Shown: positions 1 through 11,150 of the stretch, piece by piece
How positions within the stretch are numbered: the stretch's first letter is position 1
Layout: the number at the start of each line of letters is the position of its first letter
NCBI RefSeq assembly: GCF_006345805.1
Contig: NW_021827521.1
Location: 1 to 27,924 of the forward strand
DNA: 27,924 nt
Direction: 5' to 3'
DNA from: Octopus sinensis
Lineage: Eukaryota
Translations under genes and position numbers: made by a program
The notes under the pieces: model-generated
The model's database searches: none
What the model saw: only the letters and a program-made list of their open reading frames with translations
What the model was told of the DNA's origin: nothing

Positions 1-625
1 TGACCAGATTTTTTACTAAACACAAACAATTAATGAACCAGAGAACTGAATTCTATTGAACAGAAACAAGAGACAAGAACAGTCGATAAACAAATGTCGC
101 AGTCAGCCAGGCAACCAGGCAACCAGCCAGAGCACTAAGCCTCGGGCGAACAAAAAGTCTGTGACGTCTTTGAGTAAGTAGCCAATCTTAAAAACCTATC
201 TATACAAAGAAACAGTCTTGAAACATAGTTGAAGTACCGCGTGAAAAACAGATAACGAACAATTCTCCTTCACACCACACGACAGAACTTGTAAGAGAAT
301 TTTTTTTTCTTATTTTTTTTTTTAAAAAGCCATCATCATATTTAATTGCTAACATAGCTTATTGCCTTGAAAACATTGAACTTTTATCCTTTCATTTTGC
401 TTAGAAACTTATTGAATACTCGAGTATTCATTGTGTAATTTTGCTTTGAAAACTTATTCGACATTTCATGTTTTGAGAATGTTTTATTGCTGGTGAAACT
501 TTCTTTAAAACTTTCTTTAAAGCTTTCTTTAAAACTTTCTTTAAAACTTTTCTCTGGTTTTTCTCTTTTTTATTTTATATTTATCAATGAAAGCCAAAAG
601 AATTTCGGAAACTAGTATGGTATTT

Positions 626-759
626 GGATATTTTCCCTTTGAACGGCAGATCGGGAAATTAAGTTTTTGTGACTAAACACTTTCAAACTTCGGACAGTGA
701 ATATGTTTAGTTACAAAAACTTATTTTCTAAATCTGCCGGTCAAAAAGGTAAAGGATCC
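626..759. mobile_element. 134-bp MITE with ~55-bp imperfect TIRs (GGAT...ATCC) and 8-bp TSD; Merlin- or hAT-type
   Basis: 626-679 is the reverse complement of 704-759 at about 80% identity, with a 24-bp spacer. TGGTATTT is duplicated exactly at 618-625 and 760-767. Confidence 0.75.
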
Positions 760-851
760 TGGTATTTTCATAAACCTTAAAAGAATTTTAAAATGCTGAA
801 ATTCTTTGAAAGGCCCAGGTACATTTTCAACCCAAAGACTAATTTCCTATA

Positions 852-855
<4 letters not shown>

Positions 856-887
<32 letters not shown>

Positions 888-1047
888 GGTGTGGTTGGTG
901 TGTGTGTGTGGGGTAGTGTGTGTGTGTGTGAGTGTGTGTGTGTGTGTGTGTTGTTGTGTGTGTATGTGAGGGTGGGTGTGTGTGTGTGGTGTGTGTGTGT
1001 GTATGTGAGTGTGTGTGTGTGTGTATGTGAGTGTGTGTGTGTGTGGT
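856..1047. repeat. (GT)n microsatellite
   Basis: Interrupted GT dinucleotide run; explains ORFs 839..1054 and 855..1079. Confidence 0.95.
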
Positions 1048-1063
1048 GTACCAATACGACGGT

Positions 1064-1312
1064 GGAAGTGCGTGGCTAAGTGGTTAGAGTGTTGGACTTA
1101 AGATCGTAAGATTGTGGTTTCGATTCCTAGACCGAGCAACGCGTTGTGTTCTTGAGCAAAACACTTCATTTCACACTGTTCCAATCCACTCAGATGGCAA
1201 AAATGAGTAACCCTGTGTCCCATCCAAATGGGAAATATATGTCATGGAAACCGGAAAACCCACCTGTATGAGCCAGTGTGACTTGGGAAAGGTAACTTTA
1301 CCTTTTCTTTTA
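1064..1312 (+). mobile_element. tRNA-derived SINE, family A
   Basis: A box TGGCTAAGTGG and B box GGTTTCGATTCC, followed by GTGTTCTTGAGCAAAACAC central domain. A related copy lies at 22285-22535. Confidence 0.85.
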
Positions 1313-1315
1313 CTC

Positions 1316-1935
1316 GCTAATGCGGTGTTGAGCACTCATTTACACTGCTCAATATATATGTATGTATGAAAAACAAACCCGTCAAAGGGCGGAGGAACTC
1401 TTGGGAGTCAACGGCCGTCCAATAAATGTCTTAAGGATGTATCATGTGCGGGGACATAGAAATAATCGAACTAAATACCCGATCGCGCGGTTAAACCATT
1501 GGGAGTGAAGGACTCCTAGCCTTTGTTAGGGCATCCTTCTAGGAGAAGGTAACTCAGGTAACTGGGATAACTCCGACATAAAACCTGGGGCTCAGTGGTT
1601 ACCGATGATGTTGACCTTGTTCTTCTTTTCGGATTATGGCTGCTGTTGCTTAGTGAGTGGGATTGACTCAGTGCACAGCCTTTCTTCACTTTAAAAGAAA
1701 TCTTCTTGCACAGGCATTGCACGATAACATTGATTAAGCTTCGTGCAATGGCCATACTCGATAACGAGGGGGCAGCCACCATGTATGTATAAATGTAATC
1801 AAGGGTTTTCTGTATTCTGCACCCTGACCCCATGCAGCTGAATTTTATGACTCGATACATGAGACCACTATGTCAATACATGTTTACAGCGATGTAATAC
1901 GGGACGCCGAGTTTCACTGCCGTACCTCAAAGATG
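1316..1935 (+). mobile_element. Unclassified interspersed repeat, possibly the 5' UTR of an RTE-like LINE
   Basis: More GC-rich than its flanks and contains CTAGGAGAAGGTAACTC, reminiscent of RTE 5' UTR motifs. No ORF with LINE motifs is present; assignment is from recall. Confidence 0.3.
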
Positions 1936-2084
1936 TAATATAGCTGTTCGATATCTAGATATCGATAAAATATATTGGACTGGAATAAATATTGAGGTCT
2001 ATATGATAAACTAAAACTCTTTAAAGGCAATGTTCCACCATGACCGAATCTTGTAAATGTGTGCAACACTTTATATATATATGG

Positions 2085-2235
2085 ATCTTTCCTTCTCCTA
2101 TGTTTCCGACGAAGAGCTCCGCTCGAAACGTTAAACCCTCCTTCTTTCCTTCTTTCCTGAGCGTCCAATAATACTATATTGTTCCACGTCCCTCGCGTTG
2201 TGTTTTTTTTTGTACTTTCTTTTTGGATTAACTAT
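2085..2235 (+). mobile_element. Penelope-like pseudo-LTR remnant
   Basis: Contains a hammerhead-like core at 2102-2136 followed by a pyrimidine/T-rich tail, and lies between (TA)n runs. Confidence 0.6.
2102..2136 (+). ncRNA. Minimal type I hammerhead ribozyme motif (U4C variant)
   Basis: Stem I GTTT/AAAC, core CCGACGA, extra A, stem II GAGC-tcc-GCTC, GAAA, stem III ACGT, cleavage triplet GUU. Confidence 0.7.
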
Positions 2236-2254
2236 ATAATTAATGAATATTATT

Positions 2255-2419
2255 ATGATATATATATATAATATATACATATATATACATATATATATCT
2301 ATATATATACATATATATATGTATATTTATATATATATATGTATGTATGTATACATAGTGTGTATATATATAATATATATATGTATGTATATGTATAATA
2401 TATGTATGTAGTATGTATG

Positions 2420-2453
<34 letters not shown>

Positions 2454-2473
2454 AGTATGTATGTATGTATATA

Positions 2474-2516
<43 letters not shown>

Positions 2517-3290
2517 TATTATATATATATATTACATACATACATATAAAGACAGCGAGAGAGAGTACATGCGAGAGAAAGGCAAATTTTGCAACAGATT
2601 TCGAAAACGAGATAAAGGGGGAGATGAGAGGGAAATGTTAATAAAAGACGATAAATCGAAACTGTGAGAAATTGGTAAAAATAAAATCTTTAAATGAACG
2701 CAGGAGAGAGTTTATACAAAGGAAATCTATTACTGACTCTGTATTTTTGATATTTGACAACAACAACAACAACAACAGCAGTAACAACAACAACAATTAT
2801 TGTCAGATCTAAAATTGGTATTTTTTTGTTGGACAAAAATGGGGAAAATGTGTGAATTCCTTGTGTGTGTATGCGTCTGTGTGTGTGTGTGTGTGTATAC
2901 GCGCGTCGCGCTTGTGTGTGTGTGTGTATGCGTGTGTAAGTGCATGTGTTTGTGTGTACATGTGTGTTTGTGCGTTATTGTTTACATTTTTTTTAGTTTT
3001 TTTCTTTTCTTTAACGATTGTAAATATAAAATTCTACAGTTTGTGATTTTCTGTTTTCAATTCTTGTCTTTTTCCTGTCTTTTAAGTTCATTTTCTACGA
3101 TTTTTTGGTAAAGTAAACATCATCTATTGTTTCATATACATGTGTGTGTATGTATGTATATATATTTCTGAGCGTTATACAAATACATCTGTTTGTTTTG
3201 TACACCATCTGTCTTCGCCTTTTGTTGTTTTTTTTCGTAAACTCTCCCCATATATATATATTTTTTATCGTATATATATATATCTTATAT

Positions 3291-3327
<37 letters not shown>

Positions 3328-3440
3328 GATCATATACATATATATAACAATAAAAGATTATATTTATATTATATTCACACTTGTATATAGACACATACAT
3401 ATATGTCGACAAATATATACGTACCTATACATACATATAT
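2255..3440. repeat. Microsatellite cluster: (TA)n/(TATG)n 2255-2545, (CAA)n 2757-2800, (GT)n 2862-2970, (TA)n 3250-3440
   Basis: Visible simple repeats separated by short AT-rich spacers. Confidence 0.9.
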
Positions 3441-4377
3441 ACAAACATCTGATCACTATAAACAAATCATCCATGCGGTTGTTCAGTGAGAAATAGTCGA
3501 ACCCTCTTACGTCGTCTAACAACGGGAGAGTCCATTATACATAGATATACATACATACTCACAGATATGTAAGAAATTTTATATGTTTCTATGGATGTAT
3601 ATTTTTTTCTTTCTTATTTTTATTTTTCATTCTTTTTATTTTTACATACATCTGCATGCATGTTTGAATGTATGTATTATGTGCGTGTATAAGTACTTAT
3701 GTATATAGTTATGCATATATATATATATAGCATTAAAAGATTATATATAGATATGTTTTATACATATATATATATATATATATATAACATCTATTACATG
3801 TTACATAAAGATGTGGTGCACGGTACCAGAGTTTTCGACTCGAGTCAAATAGAATCAACTACTCCAAATTGTAGAGTCTCCATATAAGTGAAGTCAAGAC
3901 CGGCTAGTTTGTTCTGGCACCGAGTCGTATTAGTTGTAATAACAAAGTCAAACCAAATAGTGATATCTTGAATCATTTAATACGTACGTTTCAAGTTTGC
4001 ATCATATATAATGGGAAATATATCCATTACGTAAACCTTCCTCAGTTACAGTGTTTGAAAATATGAAGTTGATGGAAAAATTTCAATGTATGTGGTTAGA
4101 ATAGTAAGCTGACTACTCAGTTAGGGGAATAAATATGTAGACAAAGACAGGAGAGAAAGAGAGAGGAGAAATGAAGAGAAGGATTTGGAAAATGAGATAG
4201 TGGGGAGAGGGTAACAAAGGATGTCAGAGTGAATAGTACTGAAAGAAAATGTGATGGTTTTCTTTGTATGCATAAAAGTCTAAGTAAAACTGATGAAGAA
4301 AAGCAGATTGAGAAGATCAAGAATTTGGGGACAGGATGAGGATGAAATTAAGCATTTCGCCCGGCGTGCTTTTAACC

Positions 4378-5480
4378 ACCAAGTTTCGAAGTGCATCCCT
4401 TGACCAAGCTTACATACATGAGGATGATAACATCATAAGACTTGGAAAGCAGCTCCTTGAGCAACACTCTTTGTCTGATAACCTAGAATACATGTCCAAA
4501 GTAGTCGCACGACTCTACCGCAACGTATCATCGGATGAAAGGATGAGCCTATATAAGCAGAAGACTATGCATGGATATGTTAGTAGAAAGCTCCGAGATG
4601 ATAGTAGCATTGGTCGTCAAAGCAGTTTATCATGGACGAATAGCCGGATTACTACCTCCCACTTTGAAGGGTATGCGTTTGCAATCCAGGAACAGGAAAT
4701 ATCAACCAAGTACCTGATGCAGAAAAGGGATAGAGATGCAGGAAAAGCCGTAAAATGTGACAACTGAGGCAGACTTTGTGGAGTTGACACTGAAGATATC
4801 ACCCACTTCGTAAGCAGTTGTCCGAAAATGTCATCACGGTATTATCTACCGATGAGACAAGACGTTGTAGTTAGGACACTCTATAATGAAATCCATCGGA
4901 AGGATAATCCCAGGGACAAAGAAATAAGAACCCACAATATGGTAGAAGCCATAGCCACTCATAATAAAAAGGAACACTGGTGGAATGTACCAGTGAAAAC
5001 CTTAATAAAATGTAAGCACAACAGTCATGATATAATGATTTGGGATAGAGAAGAGAAACTGTGCACAGTTGTAGAAATTAGCTGCCCAACGGATGTTAGC
5101 ATAAAACTGAAGATCAATGAAAAAGAGAACACCTATGCTGAACTATTGAGAAATCTGCAGTTACTCTAATCAGTTTACAAGTTCAGGTTTATACCTGTAA
5201 TTATTAGGGCCCTGGAATATGTAACTCACTGCCTAAATACCAATCTTGAGAAATTAGGTTTCTCAAAACCAGAAAGGAGAAAGCTAATTCGAAGACTAAG
5301 GATCCAATCCATCAGTGGAACTGTAAAAATCTGTAAAACTTTCCAGAAGTTTATCATTTAAATATATATGAGCATATCTAGATATGCAACTATATGCATG
5401 AGAATACATACATAAAGCAAAACGTAGAAATCTGCACACATACATACATATATACAAAAATGCCTGTTTTGGATGTTGAC
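4378..5480 (+). mobile_element. 5'-truncated Dong/R4-clade non-LTR retrotransposon (zinc knuckle + restriction-like endonuclease), dead
   Basis: One frame runs to TAA at 5359-5361 with in-frame stops at 4765-4767 and 5167-5169. It reads MHGY..SW..FEGYAFAIQEQEISTKY, *GRLCG..EDITHFVSSCPKM..Y.PMRQDVV (RHD-like), HDIMIWD..CTVVEISCP and EKENTYAEL, typical of R4/Dong C-termini. A 3' UTR-like segment and (TTA)n follow. Confidence 0.85.
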
Positions 5481-5495
5481 ATTCCAATGACCTTC

Positions 5496-5632
<137 letters not shown>

Positions 5633-5785
5633 AAGGCGGCCAACTGGTAGAATTGTTATCGCGTCGACTTTGTTATTCATCCTTTTGGGGGTCGATAAAA
5701 TGAGTAAAAGTTGAGTGTTGGGTGTGAAGCTACCGTCTAACCCCACACTTTCCTCAAATGTGCTGGCCTTGTGCCAAAATTTGAG
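5633..5785 (+). mobile_element. tRNA-derived SINE, family B (internally deleted)
   Basis: AAGGCGGC head, GTCGACTTTG..TTCATCCTTT..GGGGTCGATAAAAT body and GGCCTTGTGCC end, shared with 15420-15636. Confidence 0.8.
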
Positions 5786-5839
5786 ATGACGACTGTTGTT
5801 GTTGTTATTGTTGTTGCTGTTGTTGTTGTTGTTGTTGTC

Positions 5840-6030
5840 AAGGCGGCGAGCTGGCAGTATCGTTAACAAACTGGAAAAAAATGCTTGGCGCCATTTCGCT
5901 CGTCTTTACGTCCCGAGTACAAATACCGCCGGGGTCGACATTGCCTTTCATTCTTTCGGAGTTGATAAAATAAGTACCAGCTGAGACCAGCTCCCTGGAA
6001 ACTGCTGGCCTTGTGCCAAAATATGAAATC
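5840..6030 (+). mobile_element. tRNA-derived SINE, family B
   Basis: AAGGCGGCGAGCTGGCAG head and GGCCTTGTGCC end; preceded by (TTG)n at 5794-5838. Confidence 0.85.
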
Positions 6031-6661
6031 ATTATTATAATCATAGTTACTGCACTCTCCTCAAACTATCAGGTTTCGTTCTGTAGTAGAAAGGATTGTT
6101 ATCATTAGAGTCATAATTGCTGCGGCTATTCTTACAATCCTTTCTGCTGTCTTCGTTTTGCATTACGGACCACCAAAATCAAATCGAAAAAGCAAGCAAA
6201 TTAAACCGTTATGACAGCACAGAACTTGCGCCAACTTTATGCACTTCTCCAAAACTGACAATGTCATCCATTTTATAATAGTTTTATCCATTTTATAATA
6301 GTTTTTTTTCATCCTATTATCGTATATCTCCTCTCCTTTATTTATAGATGTTAAAGGAAATGCTTGACGCTGTCCTGTGTGGTTATTGTTTAGGTTTTCA
6401 TTTTCGTTCATATTTCGATGTCATTTCGAAATGTTTTCGTTGCTGTTGTTCATTTGACACGGCTATGATAACAGTTGGAGATTTGGATATTTCCAAAGAT
6501 GATTGGTTTGTTCCAGAACAATTCCGGGTAATTACTAACGATGCTGTTCCTGAAAATTAGTTTTACTTTCACACGGTGAATACTGGATTCACCATGGTTT
6601 CTCTCTCACACGCTTACTTCCCCTTTAACTTCTCTTTTTCCCCCTCTTTTACTCAGGAGTG

Positions 6662-6739
<78 letters not shown>

Positions 6740-6964
6740 CATTCATACATGCATTATATGTATATATATAATTCATATATGCATGTGCACGCGCTGTAAT
6801 ATATACTTACATGTATATACTTACGTGTATGCATGTATAATATACATGTGTACAGATAGACAGATAGATAGATAGATAGATACATACATACATACATACA
6901 TACATACATACATACATACATACACATACATACATAGACAGATAGATAGAAACAGTTTGATTTA

Positions 6965-8670
6965 AAATCATTGACATCACCAAAACATTAAAAAAAAACG
7001 TAAAACCCGTAATTTCACATGCAATGACATAAACACAGAAGCAAAGGAGCTAGCTACCCGCCTTAAGATCGAGGATCGTGTGGACCGCCTCGCCACGCCA
7101 CCCCCGTATTATACTTAAGCACCTTAAGCCTAATTTCCATTCCAACCCCAAATGCAGGCTGATCAATCCTTCTAAAAGCGAGGTATTATTAGCAAGCGTA
7201 TTCTCAATACTATCAACTCTGACATCAGAAGGGTCACAGGGTTGACTCAATGGAACTCCAGCGCAGCTGTGATAAACTGTTTCCGCGGCATCAAGAATAA
7301 TTCAGCCTGCAAATTCACCACGTCCCACATTGTTGACTTCTACCCTTCCATATTTAAGCCCCTCCTCCTGAAGGCCCTAGCTTTTGCTCGGCAATTTACC
7401 AGCATTAGTGATCTTGATATCAGAATCATCACGAATACCAGAAAGTCAATTCTGGTCCATGACGATTCCTTCTGGGTGAAGAAAGAAGGCAACCTATTGT
7501 TTGATGTTTCTATGTGGAGCTTTGACGGGGTTGAAATCGCCGACCTTGTCGGGTTATACATTTTCGATACCCTCAAGAGAGGTACCCATCCACACAGGTC
7601 GGTCCTCTATAGGGACGATATCTGGCTATCTCAAGCCATATGAATGACCATACCATGGACAGATCCAGGAAGAATTTGATAAAAATATTCAAAGAGTTCG
7701 TCCTGTCCATAACGTTTACTACCAACCTGACTACAGTCGATTTCTTGGATGTAACCTTAGACCTGAAAACGGCAGATACAATCATTACAGGAAGCCTAAT
7801 GAAGAAACGGTATATATCCATAAGAGTTCACAGCACCACCACCACCACACCTTTAATTAGAAACCTGGTTTTAGGCATTAGCAAACGGGTGTCTAAACTC
7901 TCAACCAATATGGAGATCTTTAACAGGGCCGTCCCCCACTACAACGATGCTTTGGCTAAGAGCGGATTTTCTGAGAAGCTTACGTATGTCGATGGACCCC
8001 AAAACTCCTCTCTTCACCCCAAGAGAATTAGGAAAAGGAAAATAATCTAGTATAAACCCACACCCAGTCAACCTAAAAGTTTCTACCAACGTAGCCAGGG
8101 GCTTCCTGTCGTTAATAAAGAAACATTTCCCCAGAGGCCATAAGTATTATAAACTCTTCAACTCCCATAATGTTAAAGTAAGCTACTCTTGATTAGACAA
8201 CATCGCATCTAACATCATACGCATCACCAAGCGTAAAAACGTACCCACACAACCTTACACCATCCGATGACATTACTAGCCACTACACGAGTATGACATC
8301 CAATCACTTCAAGGGGAGATATATCCAGCACTTGCATTCATTTAGATCCAGCGACAGAGAGAACTCCACTTCCCTGTCGCGCTTTTTCTGGAGTCTTCGT
8401 GACCTCCGAGATGAAACACTCAGCATCAAGTGGACTATTATCGACAGGGCACCACCACATTCACCCGGTGCCTCTAATTGCCCGCTGTGCCTCTGTGAAA
8501 AACTGCATTTCATCAACCAGCCCGCAGTATCCATCAACAAAAGATATGAGGTACACCCTTCAGGTAAATTTTAAGCCACAGGCCGCCGACAGCCCGAATG
8601 TATTTCCTTAGTACTAGCCACCCCTAGCACCACCTGCACCAAAGTCACCGTTACAAATTAACCCCCATGA
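6965..8670 (+). mobile_element. Decayed Penelope-like element (RT with YRDD + GIY-YIG endonuclease)
   Basis: Frameshifted pieces read PKCRLINPSKSE, IVDFYPSI, FDVSMWSFDGVEIADLVGLYI, LYRDD, FLDVTLDL, NVKVSYS, MTSNHFKGRY..H..SF and IKWTII..CPLCLCEK, in the order expected for Neptune/Penelope-type ORFs. Part of the RT-endonuclease linker appears deleted and no pLTR is seen at the 3' end. Confidence 0.9.
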
Positions 8671-8671
8671 A

Positions 8672-8988
8672 CACTTGGGCAAGTGTCTTCTACTATATCC
8701 TCGAGCCGACCAAAGCCTTGTAAGTGGATTTGGTAGATGGAAACTGAAAGAAGCCCGTTGTATATATGTATATATGTGTGTCTGTGTTTGTCCACCCACT
8801 ATTGCTTGACAACCGATGGTGGTGTGCTTACATCCCCGTAACATAGCAGTCAGCAAAACAGACCGATAGAATTAGTACTAGGCTTACAAAGAATAACTCC
8901 TGGGGTTGACTTGCTCGACTAAAGGCGGTGCCCCCACATGGCTGCAATCAAATGACTGAAACAAGTAAAAGAAAGTAAAAGAGTAAAA
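8672..8988 (+). mobile_element. SINE family C, 5'-truncated
   Basis: TTGGGCAAGTGTCTTCTACTATA, internal TA/TG repeat and CAAATGACTGAAACAAGTAAAAG tail; homologous to 11151-11567 and 24622-25018. Confidence 0.9.
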
Positions 8989-9100
8989 TATTATTTAGAA
9001 ATGCATAAAAAATTTGTTAAAATATTTTCTGTATAGTAGAAGTATGGCCAATTTATTGCGCATAAATTTGAGCAGAGTCTTATATGGGTCCCCAAGAGTT

Positions 9101-9164
9101 GAAGGCGGTGCTCCAGCATGGCCACAGTCAAATGACTGAAACAAGTAAAAGAATAAAAGAGTAA
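9101..9164 (+). mobile_element. SINE family C 3' tail fragment
   Basis: AAGGCGGTGCTCCAGCATGGCCACAGTCAAATGACTGAAACAAGTAAAAG. Confidence 0.85.
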
Positions 9165-9190
9165 CTACATCATTTAAAATATCGAAGCTA

Positions 9191-10474
9191 CGAGGAGCGT
9201 TCAATAAGTAATGCCCCTGACCCACTTCCCATAGAAGTAGAGCAACGAAACTTGGCACAGTTATTAGTCTTTTTCTGCATAGAAAATACCCAGAGTTACG
9301 CATTTCTCCCATCGTCTGATGCAGCTCTCGAGACCGTTTTAGTTGAAGACCCCAGCTAGGTCCTCCAACGACGACGTGACTTCAGAAATCAAGACTTCAT
9401 CATCTGGAAAACGCTTTCCTTTCAAAAACAACTTCATGACTGGGAAGAGGTGAAAATCAAGGGGTGCAAGGTCAGGAGAGCAGGGGGGATGGGGGAAGAG
9501 TTCATAGCCGAACGCCTTCACTTCTTATCTGGCGACATGCGAGTTGTGAACCGGTGCGTTGTCCTGCAGGAGGGGGATGCCTTTGCTGATCTGCCCCGCC
9601 TCTTGATTTTGATAGCTTCTCTTAATTTCCTCAAAAGTGAAGCTTAATAGGCTCCTGTAATTGTGGTACCCTTTGCCAGGAAATCTGTCATCACTACTCC
9701 GTCCTGGTCCCAGAAGACTGTGAGCATGACCTTGTCAGGGGAGGGCTGCACCCTTGCCTACTTTGGAGGAGGTGAATCACGGTTCTTCCACTGCATTGAC
9801 TGGGATTTGGTCTCTGGATCATAGTGATGGGCCCAGGTTTCCTCCTGTGTAATCAGTCTCTTGAAAAATTTTGACTCATCTTCTTGGCACATCTCCAAAT
9901 TCATCCTCGAGCACTCGACGCGTTTTTGCTTCTGGAAAGGTGTGAGCAACCTGGGAATCCATCTGGCAGACACCTTTTGCATATGCAAATGGTCATGAAT
10001 GATAGTTTCCACAGATCCGGTACTAATCTTGACCTCATGGGCTATTTAGTGAATAGTTATGCATCGATCTTCCAAAATGGCAGCCCCAACTTGACGGACA
10101 GATGCCTCATCAATGGCAGAAGTGGCGATACCAGATCTGGGAGCTGTTTCCACAGAGTTCCGACCATGTTTGAATTCACGATGCCAGCGTTTTACAAGGT
10201 CATATGATGGGGCATCATTACCATAAGTTACTTTCATTTCATCCAAAGTCTCCCGTGGTGTGTGTTCTTTCAAATACAAAAACCGGATCACTGCTCGACA
10301 CTCAACAAGCTCCATTTCACACTTGACTCAGTCCAAACACCTGTAAATTAGAAACCACAATTAGTTCAGAGCTGTAATTTGCCACTTAATCTATAGAGAT
10401 TTGCACATGCAAACTTTCAGCTAGATCAAACAAGTGCGAGAGGGTCAGGAGCATTACTTATTGAACGCCCCTCG
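9191..10474 (-). mobile_element. Full-length mariner DNA transposon (1284 bp)
   Basis: 33-bp TIRs at 9191-9223 and 10442-10474 match at 31/33. TA TSD at 9189-9190 and 10475-10476. Encloses a mariner transposase pseudogene. Confidence 0.95.
9264..10315 (-). pseudogene. Mariner transposase pseudogene (irritans-like, DD34D)
   Basis: RAVIRFL HTH, KVSARWIPRLL, ITQEETWAHHYDPE (first D replaced by E), QDNAPVH and HPPCSPDLAPLDF. Stops at about 10046, 9758 and others, plus a frameshift near 9590. Confidence 0.92.
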
Positions 10475-10499
10475 TATTAATCATTACATGTGACAGAAT

Positions 10500-10895
10500 G
10501 GATGGAAGCACTCCGTTGGTTACGACGACGAGGGTTTCGGTTGATCCGAATCAACGGAACAGCCTGCTCGTGAAATTAACGTGTAAGTGGCTGAGCACTC
10601 CACAGACACGTGTACCCTTAACGTAGTTCTCGGGAATATCCAGTGTGACACAGAGAGTGACAAGGCCGGCCCTTTGAAATACAGGTACAACAGAAACAGG
10701 AAGAAAGAGTGAGAGAAAGAGTGAAAGTTGTGGTGAAAGAGTACAGCAGGGATCACCACCATCCCCTGCCGGAGCCTCGTGGAGCTTTTAGGTGTTTTCG
10801 CTCAATAAACACTCGCAACGCCCGGTCTGGGAATCGAAACCACGATCCTATGACCGCGAGTCCGCTGCCCTAACCACTGGGCCATTGCGCTTCCG
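10500..10895 (-). mobile_element. tRNA-derived SINE, family D, with 11-bp TSD
   Basis: Minus-strand head has A box TGGCCCAGTGG and B box GGTTTCGATTCC. TSD TGTGACAGAAT at 10489-10499 and 10896-10906. Closely similar to 21860-22250. Confidence 0.92.
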
Positions 10896-11097
10896 TGTGA
10901 CAGAATAATCCGGGTTCTGAAGGGTTAAAGTCACATCGCATGGCAAATCTCTTCTTAACGCTTTGGGTGATGGATTCCGTTTCGTGGTGTTTCTGATGAA
11001 AGGGTGAATCCTCAAAGCCCTACTTTTCTTTGTGCATTATGAATGAGTGTATACGTACGAGTGGGTGTGTGGATGTGCGTCAGTGGTGTCTGTATGA

Positions 11098-11135
<38 letters not shown>

Positions 11136-11150
11136 TTTCTTTACAACTCT

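Noticed and set aside
4336-4377. ATG at 4336 as the start of the LINE ORF
   Set aside because: 4349-4377 is an inverted scrap of family B SINE (GCATTTCGCCCGGCGTGCT). The LINE homology starts after it and the RT domain is missing.
10988-11025. CTGATGA followed by AGG-gtgaat-CCT as a hammerhead
   Set aside because: The required GAAA is CAAA, and there is no stem III palindrome or stem I partner. At most a badly decayed remnant.
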